A DNA stretch of 32,000 nucleotides from Desulfocapsa sulfexigens DSM 10523 (GCF_000341395.1 NC_020304.1:360001-392000), one strand, 5' to 3'; positions 9,585 through 20,388 are shown, counted from the first letter of the stretch. The notes: generated from the letters alone by a model not told the origin. Numbers and translations are program-made.

Positions 9585-10291
9585 ATCATTCAATAAACCT
9601 TCATTCATTTTCGGACAAAGATAGCCTGATCACAGACCTTACGCTTAAAATCGCTGCTCTGCTCAATGCCGGAATAAAAAAAAATGGCCGGGCAGGCCTT
9701 GCCGTATCCGGTGGTTCCACTCCAGTCCAGCTCTTCAAGAGTCTCTCAAACAGTGATATTCCGTGGCATACTGTTGACATCACCCTTGTCGATGAACGCT
9801 GGGTTCCACCCGACAACCAGGATTCCAACGAACATCTGGTACGCAGCCACCTCCTGCAAAACAGGGCCGCAACTGCGAGCTTTACCGGCATGTGGAACAC
9901 TGCAGCAACGGCACAAGATGGAGAGGCTCTGTGCGCAGAGCGATTACAGAACACCCACCATCCCATTGACGTATTAATACTGGGCCTTGGAAATGATGGC
10001 CACACTGCCTCTCTTTTCCCCGGAGCTGCCAGGCTCCCCCAAGCCACCGATATGAATTCAGGAAAAATCTGTATGGCTATTACTCCGGTTACGGCACCCC
10101 ACGAACGAATGACCCTGACCCTTCCCGCAATTCTTAACGCAAAACAGATTTTTCTCCATATCACAGGACAGAACAAGAAAGATGTCCTGGAGCAGGCGCT
10201 TGGTGATGGCCCTTCAGAAGAAATGCCAATCCGTTTTATCCTGCAGCAACAGACACAAAAAACAAATTTCAACGTCTACTGGGCAAACTAA
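9581..10291 (+). CDS. pgl: 6-phosphogluconolactonase
   Basis: LAVSGGSTPVQLFKSLSNSDIPWHTVDITLVDERWVPPDNQDSNEHLV...ILGLGNDGHTASLFPGA...MTLTLPAIL; overlaps AOR stop (ATGA). Confidence 0.95.
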   Translation: MNHSINLHSFSDKDSLITDLTLKIAALLNAGIKKNGRAGLAVSGGSTPVQLFKSLSNSDIPWHTVDITLVDERWVPPDNQDSNEHLVRSHLLQNRAATASFTGMWNTAATAQDGEALCAERLQNTHHPIDVLILGLGNDGHTASLFPGAARLPQATDMNSGKICMAITPVTAPHERMTLTLPAILNAKQIFLHITGQNKKDVLEQALGDGPSEEMPIRFILQQQTQKTNFNVYWAN

Positions 10292-10303
10292 TGGAGAAAT
10301 ACT

Positions 10304-12133
10304 ATGCATAGAGTTGTTGAACAGGTTACAAATCGCATTATAGAACGGAGTAAACCACATCGTCAAAGCTACCTCCAGCGTATCGACGAGGCAAAGGGTG
10401 ACGGAGTTTTTCGTAACAGCCTGCCCTGTCCCAATCTGGCCCACGATCTCGCCGGATGTGTCGGAACCTGTCGCAGCTCTCTGCTCGATGCCAGTGTTCC
10501 CAACATTGCGATCATCTCCGCCTATACCGATATGGTCTCAGCCCATCAACCATATGGCAAATATCCCGAGATTATCAAGGAATCCGTTGCCAAAGCCGGC
10601 GGTAATGCCCAGTTTGCAGGTGGTGTTCCCGCCATGTGCGATGGTGTCACCCAGGGTGAGGCAGGAATGGATATGAGCCTTATGAGCCGTGACGTCATCG
10701 CCATGTCAACTGTTATCGGCCTGTCACACAATGTCTTTGACGGGGCCATCCTCCTTGGTGTATGCGATAAAATCCTGCCAGGACTCCTTATGGGGGGGCT
10801 GCAGTTTGGCCACCTGCCCATGATTCTTATCCCTGCAGGGCCAATGACCTCAGGGATTGCCAACAAAGACAAAAACACGGTCAGGGAGGCATACGCAAAG
10901 GGTGAGGTCGGTCACGCTGAACTTCTCGCATCGGAAGTGAAAGCCTATCACAGCCCCGGAACCTGTACCTTCTACGGAACGGCTAACTCCAACCAGCTCA
11001 TGGCGGAAATGCTGGGTATGCATCTCCCCGGCAGTTCTTTTGTAAATGCCGGGACAAAACTCAGGGAGGCCCTCACCCGATCCGCAGCCGAACGTATCAC
11101 ATCACTTACCCACCTGGGCAGAAACTACACGCCTCTTGCCCATGTGATCAGTGAAAAGGCAATCGTGAACGCCATTGTCGGACTTATGGCCACGGGCGGC
11201 TCCACCAACGAGACCATGCACCTGGTGGCCATTGCCCGCGCCGCCGGAATACGCATTGACTGGAATGATTTTGCGGAAATTTCGGATATCACCCCTCTTC
11301 TGGTACGTATCTATCCCAACGGTTCAGGTGATATCAACTCCTTCCAACGGGCTGGAGGTATGGCCCTTCTTATTCGAGAGTTACTCAAGGGTGGACTTCT
11401 CCACGAAGACGTACAAACCGTAGCAGGAAAGGGCTTTGCACAATACACCGAGGCACCTCTGCTAGAAAATGGCCGGACGGTGTGGCGAAAGGGGCCCGAA
11501 CAGGCAGGAGACAGCACTGTCATCGCAACGGTAAACAAACCCTTTGAATTACTTGGCGGAATCAAAGTCCTCTCCGGTAACCTTGGCCGGGCGATCATGA
11601 AGATATCGGCCCTTGCCGATGGTGAAAAAACCTTCGTTGAGGCACCCGCCATGGTCTTCAACTCCCAGCAGGAGCTTGAAGATGCCTTTAAGGCTGACAG
11701 ACTCAACAGAGATATGGTCGCGGTAGTTCGGTTTCAAGGGCCTCGTGCCAACGGCATGCCGGAACTCCATAAACTGATAACCCACCTTTCTATCACCATG
11801 GATAGGGGCTACAAAGTCGGACTGGTAACGGATGGCCGTCTTTCCGGTGCTTCCGGCAAGGTTCCTTTTGCCATCCACTGCACTCCTGAGGCGGTAACAG
11901 GTGGACTGCTGAACAAGGTCCAGGATGGAGATATCATCTGCATGGATGCTCACAACTCCATCTTGGAACTGAAAGTCAATGAGGAGGAGCTGGGGAAACG
12001 TCAGGCCTTCGTTCACAATCTGGATGCCACCCGTTACGGACTCGGGAGGCAGGTTTTTGCTCCGCTGCGAAAGAATCTGCTCGGGGCCGAAGAGGGAGCA
12101 AGTTCCATCTTCACGTATAGGGACGAAAACTAA
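10304..12133 (+). CDS. edd: Phosphogluconate dehydratase (Entner-Doudoroff)
   Basis: IlvD/Edd family with Edd-like stretches [80 protein letters not shown]; adjacent to eda. Confidence 0.95.
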   Translation: MHRVVEQVTNRIIERSKPHRQSYLQRIDEAKGDGVFRNSLPCPNLAHDLAGCVGTCRSSLLDASVPNIAIISAYTDMVSAHQPYGKYPEIIKESVAKAGGNAQFAGGVPAMCDGVTQGEAGMDMSLMSRDVIAMSTVIGLSHNVFDGAILLGVCDKILPGLLMGGLQFGHLPMILIPAGPMTSGIANKDKNTVREAYAKGEVGHAELLASEVKAYHSPGTCTFYGTANSNQLMAEMLGMHLPGSSFVNAGTKLREALTRSAAERITSLTHLGRNYTPLAHVISEKAIVNAIVGLMATGGSTNETMHLVAIARAAGIRIDWNDFAEISDITPLLVRIYPNGSGDINSFQRAGGMALLIRELLKGGLLHEDVQTVAGKGFAQYTEAPLLENGRTVWRKGPEQAGDSTVIATVNKPFELLGGIKVLSGNLGRAIMKISALADGEKTFVEAPAMVFNSQQELEDAFKADRLNRDMVAVVRFQGPRANGMPELHKLITHLSITMDRGYKVGLVTDGRLSGASGKVPFAIHCTPEAVTGGLLNKVQDGDIICMDAHNSILELKVNEEELGKRQAFVHNLDATRYGLGRQVFAPLRKNLLGAEEGASSIFTYRDEN

Positions 12134-12178
12134 CCAGAAGAGCAACAACCACCTCAAACCGAACACCGGGGTATTCAT

Positions 12179-12817
12179 ATGAACAACATAAACAACTGGA
12201 AACGCTCTGCTCTCGACATCCTCAAAACCGGTCCCGTGGTGCCGGTAATTGTGATTCACGATCTCGACCATGCCGTCCCCCTTGCAAAGGCTCTTGTCGC
12301 AGGCGGCATCAAAGTACTGGAAGTCACTCTGCGCACTCCTGTTGCCATTGAGGCGATCAGAATGATCAGTGAAGAAGTGCCGGATGCCATTGTCGGTGCC
12401 GGAACAGTAGCCACAGAGGATGACTTAGACGCAGTTGCTGCCGCCGGTGGAGTTTTCGCCATCAGTCCGGGACTGACCCCTGCCCTCCTCAGCGCTGCAA
12501 TCAATGGACCCATCGCACTGATTCCTGGGATATCAACAGCATCCGAACTGATGCTGGGCATGGAGTACGGCCTCAGAGAATTCAAGTTCTTTCCGGCAGA
12601 AGCAGCCGGAGGAATACAGATGATCAAAGCCATTGGAGCTCCTTTTCCACAGGCGACCTTCTGCCCCACCGGCGGCATCTCTCCCGAGAATTACAAAAAG
12701 TACCTCGGTCTTGGAAACGTCGCCTGTGTCGGTGGATCATGGCTGGCACCAGGAGATGCTATGAAACAGGGCGCGTGGCAGAAGATAACAGATCTTGCCC
12801 GTAAGGCTCTGGCCTGA
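12179..12817 (+). CDS. eda: 2-dehydro-3-deoxy-phosphogluconate (KDPG) aldolase
   Basis: [41 protein letters not shown]...[12 protein letters not shown]...[34 protein letters not shown]. Confidence 0.96.
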   Translation: MNNINNWKRSALDILKTGPVVPVIVIHDLDHAVPLAKALVAGGIKVLEVTLRTPVAIEAIRMISEEVPDAIVGAGTVATEDDLDAVAAAGGVFAISPGLTPALLSAAINGPIALIPGISTASELMLGMEYGLREFKFFPAEAAGGIQMIKAIGAPFPQATFCPTGGISPENYKKYLGLGNVACVGGSWLAPGDAMKQGAWQKITDLARKALA

Positions 12818-12832
12818 GAGAACAGGATTTAA

Positions 12833-13681
12833 ATGATCACAAACAAAAATACTCCGGGCAGTTTTGACTATATTGAAATCCAGAACGCAAGCGCCAACGC
12901 CAGAGTGGCTCTGCAGGGTGGCCACCTCTTTCATTACCAGCAGCTCCACAGAAAACCTCTGATCTGGCTCAGCGGAAAAAGTCCTTTTGAAAAGGGAAAA
13001 GCGATCCGGGGCGGCATTCCGGTCTGCTGGCCATGGTTTGGACAACACCCCACCGATTCGTCCCTGCCGCAACACGGTTTGGCACGGACATCCCTCTTTG
13101 AACTCATCGATTCCCAGGAACCCGACGAAAACAGCACCGAACTCCTGCTGCAGCTGCAGAGCTCAGCCGAAACACTCAGCATCTGGCCCTATCGATTCCA
13201 ACTTTTACTAAAAATAACCGTCGGCCCAGCACTCACCCTTGCCCTTACGACCAAAAACTCCGACACAAAACCGTTTACAATCACTTCAGCTCTCCACAGT
13301 TACTTTGCCATCGACGATATTGGCAAGGTGTCTGTTCAGGGAATGGATGAGACTGAATACCTGGATCTTCTGACCAACCAGACACTGATCCAACGGGGCA
13401 GCATTCATATTGATAAAGAAGTTGACAGAGTGTATCGGAAAAGTGCGAACACAGCACTGCTTCTCGACGGTACCAGAACTGTTCAGATACGCTCAGAGGG
13501 ATCTTCATCCACTGTTATATGGAACCCATGGAGCGACAAGTCAAAAAGCATGTCCGATATGGAGGACGATTCCTATCAAACCATGCTTTGTATCGAAACG
13601 GCAAATGCCAAACAGGACGCACGAACTATTGCATCCGGTGAAGAACATTGTCTGAAGGTATCTTTGACAGAATCTGTATGA
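12833..13681 (+). CDS. D-hexose-6-phosphate mutarotase / glucose-6-phosphate 1-epimerase-like (aldose epimerase fold)
   Basis: YeaD-like: GGHLFHYQQLHRKPLIWLSGKSPFEKGKAIRGGIPVCWPWFGQHP...HGLARTSLFEL...LHSYFAIDDIGKVSVQGMDETEYLD...VIWNPWSDKSKSMSDM. Confidence 0.88.
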   Translation: MITNKNTPGSFDYIEIQNASANARVALQGGHLFHYQQLHRKPLIWLSGKSPFEKGKAIRGGIPVCWPWFGQHPTDSSLPQHGLARTSLFELIDSQEPDENSTELLLQLQSSAETLSIWPYRFQLLLKITVGPALTLALTTKNSDTKPFTITSALHSYFAIDDIGKVSVQGMDETEYLDLLTNQTLIQRGSIHIDKEVDRVYRKSANTALLLDGTRTVQIRSEGSSSTVIWNPWSDKSKSMSDMEDDSYQTMLCIETANAKQDARTIASGEEHCLKVSLTESV

Positions 13682-13724
13682 ATTTTTTTCAGAAAAGAGA
13701 ATATTACACTCTCAAGGAGACAGG

Positions 13725-16262
13725 ATGGATCTAAAACAAAAAGAAGATTCCCGAAAAGAACGTATACAAAAACTCAAACGCGGTTTCGCCTATAACATTT
13801 TCTACCGACAGGGAGTTACCCAAAAAACTGCAAGCCTTAATGATTACTACCTTGCGGTGGCCCACACCCTAAGAGACCGGATGCAGCATCTCTTTGTCAA
13901 TTCGGTACAGGCACTGCTGGAAAAAGACTCCAAGATAGTCTGCTATCTCTCCGCCGAATTTCTCACAGGTCCACACCTGCATAACAACTTGGTCAATCTT
14001 GGGCTTTATGAAGAGTTTGAACAGGCAACCCGGGAAACAGGCTTGAACCTCAAGGAACTTATCGACCTTGAAGAGGAACCAGGACTCGGTAACGGTGGCC
14101 TGGGAAGACTTGCCGCCTGCTATCTGGACTCACTCGCCTCCCAGCAGATTCCGGCAATCGGTTACGGTATCCGTTACGAGTACGGCATGTTTGACCAGGA
14201 AATCGCCGATGGCTGGCAAAAAGAACTCAGCGATTGCTGGCTCCACCCGGGTAATCCCTGGGAGATCAAAAAGGCCGATATGGCCTGTGACGTTGGATTC
14301 GGTGGACATACAGAAATATACCACGGAGAACACGGCAACCGACGAACACGCTGGATTCCTGCCCGGGTCATCACCGGGGTTCCCTACGACACCCCTATCC
14401 CAGGTTACAAGGTCAACAATGTCAACGTACTGCGCCTATGGAGTGCTGAAGCGCCCACATCCTTCGATTTTGCAGACTTTAACACCGGTGATTACTATGG
14501 AGCAGTCAAAGATAAAATAATGGCCGAAACCATCACCAAGGTACTTTACCCCAATGACGAGCAGTTTCAGGGCAAGAAACTGCGCCTGGAGCAGCAGTTC
14601 TTTTTTGTTTCCTGCTCTCTTCAAGATATGATTCGCATTCATCTCCATAGCAATGAATCCCTGGATGATCTCTACGATGATTTTGCAGCTCAGCTCAACG
14701 ATACCCATCCATCCGTAGCAGTACCGGAGTTAATGCGTCTCCTGATGGATGTCCATCTTTACGAATGGGATAAGGCCTGGGAAATCACCAAAAAGACACT
14801 CTGTTACACCAACCATACCCTGCTGCCCGAGGCCATGGAAAAATGGCAGATTGAGCTCTTCGAAGATCTTCTGCCCCGCCATCTTGAAATTATCTATGAA
14901 ATCAACAACCGCTTTCTGGATGAGGTTCGGATTAAATTTCCAGGTGATGCTGACCGTCTGAGCCGGATGTCCATTATCGATGAATCCGGCCCCAGATATG
15001 TGCGAATGGCCAACCTTGCCTGTATAGGCTCCAAGGCCATTAACGGGGTGGCTGCCATGCACACGGATCTGCTGCGCAGACATACCCTGGCCGACTGGAA
15101 TACCATGTATCCCGGTAAAATTCGTAATGTCACCAACGGTGTAACCCCCAGACGCTGGATTGCTGTAAGCAACCCCCGTTTAACCAAACTTATATGCGAC
15201 GCTATTGGGGAACAGTGGATCACCCGGCTCGACAAATTGAGAGACCTGGAAAAACTGGCAGATGATACCTCATTCCGGGATGCCTGGTATAAAGTCAAAA
15301 AAGAGAACAAGCAGGACGTAGCCAACCTAATCCTGAAAAAAGAACATCTGCAAATCGATCCGGAGGCGATGTTTGATGTCCAGGTTAAACGAATTCACGA
15401 GTACAAACGACAGCATTTGAATGTACTCCACATCATCACCCTCTATAACCGGATCAAGGCCAATCCGGCCATAGACGTCCCGCCCCGTCTCTTTGTCTTT
15501 GGTGGAAAGGCTGCCCCCGGTTACTTTATGGCCAAACGAATGATCAAACTGATCACCTCGGTGGCCCAGATCATAAATAATGACCCCGACATCCATGGCC
15601 GGATTAAAATATTTTTTATTCCCAACTACAATGTCAAGATTGGCCATATCGTCTACCCCATGACCGACCTTTCCGAACAGATTTCCCAGGCTGGAATGGA
15701 AGCCTCGGGGACCGGCAACATGAAATTCTCCATGAATGGCGCTCTCACCATCGGCACCCTGGATGGAGCCAATGTAGAGATTCGTGAAGAGGTGGGAGCA
15801 GAAAACTTTTTCCTTTTCGGACTCAATGTGGATGAGGTCATGAGTCTTCAGGCCTCGGGATATTCCCCAATGGACTATTACAACAGTAATGACGAATTGA
15901 AACAGGTCATTGACCTGATTGCATCGGGCCATTTTTCAGGCGGTGATCAGGAATTGTTCCGTCCTCTTGTCGACTCACTGCTGCATGAAGATAAGTATAC
16001 ACTTTTTGCTGACTATAAGGACTACATCAACTGCCAGGAGAGAGTTGGCCAAACCTATCAGGACAGGGATTGCTGGACCAGGATGTCGATCCTGAATACA
16101 GCACGAATGGGTAAGTTCTCTTCAGACCGCTCAATTATGGATTACAGCAGAAAGATATGGGACGTCAAAGCTTTTCCCGTTGAACTGAAGTGGGAACGAC
16201 TCCCCAAGGACGGAGTCCTCTTTACTCCCCCGACAAACAATAAAAAGGAAGCCCAGCCATGA
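13725..16262 (+). CDS. glgP: Glycogen/alpha-glucan phosphorylase
   Basis: YLSAEFLTGPHLHNNL, EEEPGLGNGGLGRLAACYLDSLA, QLNDTHPSVAVPELMR, YTNHTLLPEAMEKW, VFDVQVKRIHEYKRQHLN-type motif, GTGNMKFSMNGALTIGTLDGANVEI (PLP region). Confidence 0.97.
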   Translation: MDLKQKEDSRKERIQKLKRGFAYNIFYRQGVTQKTASLNDYYLAVAHTLRDRMQHLFVNSVQALLEKDSKIVCYLSAEFLTGPHLHNNLVNLGLYEEFEQATRETGLNLKELIDLEEEPGLGNGGLGRLAACYLDSLASQQIPAIGYGIRYEYGMFDQEIADGWQKELSDCWLHPGNPWEIKKADMACDVGFGGHTEIYHGEHGNRRTRWIPARVITGVPYDTPIPGYKVNNVNVLRLWSAEAPTSFDFADFNTGDYYGAVKDKIMAETITKVLYPNDEQFQGKKLRLEQQFFFVSCSLQDMIRIHLHSNESLDDLYDDFAAQLNDTHPSVAVPELMRLLMDVHLYEWDKAWEITKKTLCYTNHTLLPEAMEKWQIELFEDLLPRHLEIIYEINNRFLDEVRIKFPGDADRLSRMSIIDESGPRYVRMANLACIGSKAINGVAAMHTDLLRRHTLADWNTMYPGKIRNVTNGVTPRRWIAVSNPRLTKLICDAIGEQWITRLDKLRDLEKLADDTSFRDAWYKVKKENKQDVANLILKKEHLQIDPEAMFDVQVKRIHEYKRQHLNVLHIITLYNRIKANPAIDVPPRLFVFGGKAAPGYFMAKRMIKLITSVAQIINNDPDIHGRIKIFFIPNYNVKIGHIVYPMTDLSEQISQAGMEASGTGNMKFSMNGALTIGTLDGANVEIREEVGAENFFLFGLNVDEVMSLQASGYSPMDYYNSNDELKQVIDLIASGHFSGGDQELFRPLVDSLLHEDKYTLFADYKDYINCQERVGQTYQDRDCWTRMSILNTARMGKFSSDRSIMDYSRKIWDVKAFPVELKWERLPKDGVLFTPPTNNKKEAQP

Positions 16263-17722
16263 GTATGGAAAAGAAAGCATGTGATTTTACTATTTTTGGT
16301 GTGCTTGGAGATCTTTCACGACGCAAACTGATTCCATCACTGTATCAGCTCGACAAGGCGGGTTTACTGGACGAGAACACCCGCATTATCGGGGTGGCCC
16401 GTCATGAACTGAGCCAGGAAGATTTCGCGGCTAAGATGCAGAATAGCCTGGAAACATTCGTTAAGAAAGGACTTGACCCAAAAGTAATGAAACGCTTACT
16501 GGGAAGGCTCCACTATGTACTGATCAATCTGGATGTCCCTGAAGAATACAAACAACTGGAAGAGGTCATTGACCAGGAAAAACGGGTACTGGTAAACTAC
16601 TTTTCAGTGGCCCCTTCCCTCTTTGATGATATCTGCAAAGGTCTTGACCATGCTGGGATTGTCACTCCTGAAACCCGGGTGGTTCTTGAAAAACCCATCG
16701 GCCGTGATCTTGCCTCATCACAGGAGATTAACGATACCGTAGCAAAAGTGTTCACCGAAAATCAGGTCTACCGCATCGACCATTACCTCGGCAAGGAAAC
16801 GGTAATGAACCTTCTGGCACTTCGTTTTGCCAACTCCATCTTCACCACCAACTGGGATCACAACACCATTGATCATGTCCAGATTACCGTGGCTGAGGAA
16901 GTGGGAATAGAAGGGCGCTGGGGCTATTTTGATGAGTCCGGGCAAACACGGGACATGGTACAAAACCATCTGATGCAGATCCTGACCCTGGTGGCCATGG
17001 AACCACCGGTCAACATGGATGGCGATTCTATCCGCAATGAAAAACTGAAGGTACTCAAGGCACTGCGTCCCATAACCGCCGATACCGTCGAAGAAAAAAC
17101 CGTCCGCGGCCAGTATTCAGCAGGATTTATCAAGGGACAGGCTGTTCCCGGCTATCTTGAAGAGCAGGGAGGTAATCCCAATTCGACCACCGAGAGTTTT
17201 GTCGCCCTCCGGGTAGATATCGACAACTGGCGCTGGGCCGATGTCCCCTTCTATCTTCGCACCGGTAAACGCTTAACCACCAAACGCTCAGAGGTGGTCA
17301 TCTATTTCAAACGGCTTCCACACAATATTTTCAAGGACAGTTACAAGAAACTTCCCCGCAACAAGCTCGTTATTCGTCTCCAGCCCGACGAGGGAGTTGA
17401 AATCGAAATGATGAATAAGGTTCCTGGGATTGGGAAAGGTATCAAACTGCAGAAGACCGTACTGGATCTGAGTTTTTCAGATGCCTTCAGCGGTGAACGC
17501 GTGGCTGATGCCTACGAACGGCTCATTCTTGAAACCATGATAGGCAACCAATCACTCTTTATCCGCAGGGATGAGGTTGAACGCTCCTGGCAATGGATAG
17601 ATACCATCCAGAACGCCTGGGCACAATCCAGCGAACCGCCCAAACGGTATCCTGCGGGTACATGGGGGCCTGTTGCCTCGGTTGCCCTGCTGGCTCGTGA
17701 TGGACGGGAATGGGAAGAATAA
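16259..17722 (+). CDS. zwf: Glucose-6-phosphate 1-dehydrogenase
   Basis: FGVLGDLSRRKLIPSLYQL, EKPIGRDLASSQEIN, YRIDHYLGKETVMNLLALRFANSIF; overlaps glgP stop (ATGA). Confidence 0.97.
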   Translation: MSMEKKACDFTIFGVLGDLSRRKLIPSLYQLDKAGLLDENTRIIGVARHELSQEDFAAKMQNSLETFVKKGLDPKVMKRLLGRLHYVLINLDVPEEYKQLEEVIDQEKRVLVNYFSVAPSLFDDICKGLDHAGIVTPETRVVLEKPIGRDLASSQEINDTVAKVFTENQVYRIDHYLGKETVMNLLALRFANSIFTTNWDHNTIDHVQITVAEEVGIEGRWGYFDESGQTRDMVQNHLMQILTLVAMEPPVNMDGDSIRNEKLKVLKALRPITADTVEEKTVRGQYSAGFIKGQAVPGYLEEQGGNPNSTTESFVALRVDIDNWRWADVPFYLRTGKRLTTKRSEVVIYFKRLPHNIFKDSYKKLPRNKLVIRLQPDEGVEIEMMNKVPGIGKGIKLQKTVLDLSFSDAFSGERVADAYERLILETMIGNQSLFIRRDEVERSWQWIDTIQNAWAQSSEPPKRYPAGTWGPVASVALLARDGREWEE

Positions 17723-17741
17723 CAAGGGACACACATACCAT

Positions 17742-19172
17742 ATGCACATGTTAGCAAACAATAAAACCAAACTGGTCTGCACCATAGGCCCTGCCTCCGA
17801 TTCTCCTCGGATGCTCGAAAAAATGCTTGAAGCCGGGATGAATGTGGCCAGGCTCAATTTTTCCCATGGCGATTTTGCCAGCCATGGCGAAATCATACAA
17901 AGAATCAGGACCGCCTCCGAAAAAACAGGGAAACGAGTTGCCATCCTGGCCGATCTGCCCGGTCCCAAGATGCGCATCCTTGATCTGGCTGAAGAATTCG
18001 TCACCCTTGAAAAAGATGCCTCCTTTATCCTGACTGCAGAAGAAGTTATCGGAACTGCAGAACGGGTCGCAATGACCATGAAGGAGCTGCCAGCTGTGGT
18101 AAGAAAAGGAGATACCCTTTTTCTTAATGACGGATTGATTGAATTACGGGTTCAGAAAGTTCAAGGTGAAGATATCCACTGCACCGTAATTGTCGGCGGT
18201 AAACTCTGGCCGCGAAAGGGCCTGAATATCCCGGGAATTGACCTTGGCACCAGTGCCTTCACCGCCCACGACCGCGAGTGCATGCAGTTTGCCCTGGAAC
18301 ATGGCGTGGATGCTATTGGTCAGTCCTTTGTAAACACGGCTCAGGATGTACTGGATGTGCGTAAAGCCGCCGCTGAAATGGGTTTTGATCCCTTTATCGT
18401 TTCCAAAATAGAACGGGCCAGCGTCTGGGAAAACATCGATGGAATCCTTGAAGTTACAGACGGAGTCATGGTGGCCAGAGGCGACCTTGGTGTGGAAATA
18501 CCCATTGAAGAGATTGCAGTGGCCCAGAAGACAATCACAGCCAGGGCCAACCTGTTTGGCATCCCGGTAATCACCGCAACCCAGATGCTCGAATCCATGA
18601 CCGGGAACCGGAGACCCACCCGCGCTGAATCCACCGATGTCGCCAATGCGATCCTTGATGGTACCGACTGTGTTATGCTCTCTGAGGAATCTGCCATGGG
18701 CGACTACCCCCTGGAGGCCGTGCAGATGCTTGCCAAAATTGCAAGAGTCACGGAACCACACAGATTGCTGCATAACCACTTTGAATTCACATTAAAACCA
18801 CAGGCTACAGGATACACAGCCAGTACCGTTGACATGATAGCTATCTCCATTGAAAATATCTTTTCCCGGATCGATTCTCTGGCGGCTGTACTTGCCCCAA
18901 CACATAGTGGCCATATGGCCAGAGCCCTGACTCGTTTTCGTCTGCCGGTCTGGATTCTGGCAGTATCCACATCGGTCAAGACCTGCCGAGACCTGATGTT
19001 CTCCTATGGAGTACATCCAATACTGGAAAAGAAACGACCGGAAAACTGGACTAACACCGCCAGAAACTATATAAAAACATTCGGGTTAGAGGGAAACTGC
19101 ATGGTTAAAGCCGAGGGTCCCTCACCGGACCATCCGGACATTAACCATAAAATGGAAATCATCGAACTGTAA
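17742..19172 (+). CDS. pyk: Pyruvate kinase
   Basis: KLVCTIGPASDSPRMLEKMLEAGMNVARLNFSHG, DGVMVARGDLGVEIP, ITATQMLESM, RRPTRAESTDVANAILDGTDCVMLSEESAMGDYP. Longest ORF starts at 17673, overlapping zwf; ATG at 17742 (or 17748) is the more likely start. Confidence 0.93.
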   Translation: MHMLANNKTKLVCTIGPASDSPRMLEKMLEAGMNVARLNFSHGDFASHGEIIQRIRTASEKTGKRVAILADLPGPKMRILDLAEEFVTLEKDASFILTAEEVIGTAERVAMTMKELPAVVRKGDTLFLNDGLIELRVQKVQGEDIHCTVIVGGKLWPRKGLNIPGIDLGTSAFTAHDRECMQFALEHGVDAIGQSFVNTAQDVLDVRKAAAEMGFDPFIVSKIERASVWENIDGILEVTDGVMVARGDLGVEIPIEEIAVAQKTITARANLFGIPVITATQMLESMTGNRRPTRAESTDVANAILDGTDCVMLSEESAMGDYPLEAVQMLAKIARVTEPHRLLHNHFEFTLKPQATGYTASTVDMIAISIENIFSRIDSLAAVLAPTHSGHMARALTRFRLPVWILAVSTSVKTCRDLMFSYGVHPILEKKRPENWTNTARNYIKTFGLEGNCMVKAEGPSPDHPDINHKMEIIEL

Positions 19173-19182
19173 GCGTGCAACC

Positions 19183-20388
19183 ATGAAAATACTGGTATTA
19201 AATTCCGGTTCTTCCTCTCTCAAATTCCAGCTTTTCTTGAAGGAAGATCTTTCCGTGCTGGCCTCTGGGCTGGTGGAACAGATCGGCGACACCCAGAGCG
19301 GGGCCGAACTCACTTTTAATGATTCCTCGGGCCTGAAAAAAAATTTCAGCCGAAAACATTCAATAGCTGATCACCGTGATGCCATCCAGGTAATGTACGA
19401 GATGCTGGAGGAAAGCGGGACGCTTGTTAGCACAGGAGAGCTGGCAGGAATTGGACACCGGGTTGTCCATGGCGGAGAATCCTTCCATCTACCAGTCCGT
19501 ATTGACGCTCACGTCATTGCAGCCATCGAAGAGCTGATTCCTCTTGCCCCTCTCCATAATCCAGCTAATCTTACCGGAATCAGGGTAACCATGGAGCATG
19601 CGCCAAAAACTCCCCAGGTTGCTGTCTTTGATACAGCCTTCCATCAATCCATACCCGAGCATGCCTACCTTTACGCCCTTCCCTACAGTTTATACGAGAA
19701 ACAAAAAGTTCGACGTTACGGTTTTCACGGTACCTCCCATGGATATGTGGCACGACAGGCCGCAGGCCATCTCAAACGACACATTGAGGATTTGCACATT
19801 GTTACTCTTCATCTGGGAAACGGAGCCAGTGCCGCAGCCATCAGGGGTGGAGAATGCATTGACACCTCCATGGGGATGACACCGCTTGAAGGGCTGGTCA
19901 TGGGGACCCGCAGTGGTGATCTTGATCCGGCCATCCTCTTCTATCTCAACCGGGAAATACATATGGGCATGGACGAACTTGACGCCCTGCTCAACAAGGA
20001 GAGTGGTTTGAAGGGCATTTGCGGTGAAAACGACATGCGTAGTATCAGTGTTGCTGCGGAACAGGGAGACCGTCAGGCCAGACTTGCTCTTGGCATTTTC
20101 TGCTACCGCTTGAAGAAATATATCGGTGCCTATATGGCGGCTCTTGGCGGGGCGGACTGTATCGTGTTCACCGGGGGAATCGGAGAAAATTCGGCAATTG
20201 TTCGTGAATTGAGTTGTCAGGGGTTGGAACGACTGGGTATCTCTCTTGACAGGAAGAAAAACACTATCCGCCAAAAGGAGATCTTGGAAATCCACAGCGC
20301 TGACAGCCTGATCAACATTCTGGTCATCCCCACCGATGAAGAACATGAGATCGCCAGCCAGACCTTGGGGGTTATTACTTCTTCATAA
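19183..20388 (+). CDS. ackA: Acetate kinase
   Basis: ILVLNSGSSSLKFQLF, GIGHRVVHGGE, APLHNPAN, VAVFDTAFHQSIPEHAYLYALPYSLYE, RRYGFHGTSHGYV, LHLGNGASAAAIRGG, MGMTPLEGLVMGTRSGDLDP. Confidence 0.97.
   Translation: MKILVLNSGSSSLKFQLFLKEDLSVLASGLVEQIGDTQSGAELTFNDSSGLKKNFSRKHSIADHRDAIQVMYEMLEESGTLVSTGELAGIGHRVVHGGESFHLPVRIDAHVIAAIEELIPLAPLHNPANLTGIRVTMEHAPKTPQVAVFDTAFHQSIPEHAYLYALPYSLYEKQKVRRYGFHGTSHGYVARQAAGHLKRHIEDLHIVTLHLGNGASAAAIRGGECIDTSMGMTPLEGLVMGTRSGDLDPAILFYLNREIHMGMDELDALLNKESGLKGICGENDMRSISVAAEQGDRQARLALGIFCYRLKKYIGAYMAALGGADCIVFTGGIGENSAIVRELSCQGLERLGISLDRKKNTIRQKEILEIHSADSLINILVIPTDEEHEIASQTLGVITSS

Noticed and set aside
9601-10272. 223-aa antisense ORF opposite pgl
   Set aside because: Shadow of a well-supported pgl gene; low-complexity Arg/Ser-rich translation and no recognisable domain.
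11549-12271. 240-aa antisense ORF spanning the edd/eda junction
   Set aside because: Overlaps two confidently identified + strand genes; no recognisable family, typical shadow ORF.
15327-15932. 201-aa antisense ORF opposite glgP
   Set aside because: Shadow ORF; glgP coding evidence is overwhelming.
18144-18779. 211-aa antisense ORF opposite pyk (and 19690-20346 opposite ackA)
   Set aside because: Both are mirror frames of conserved metabolic genes without own domain signal.
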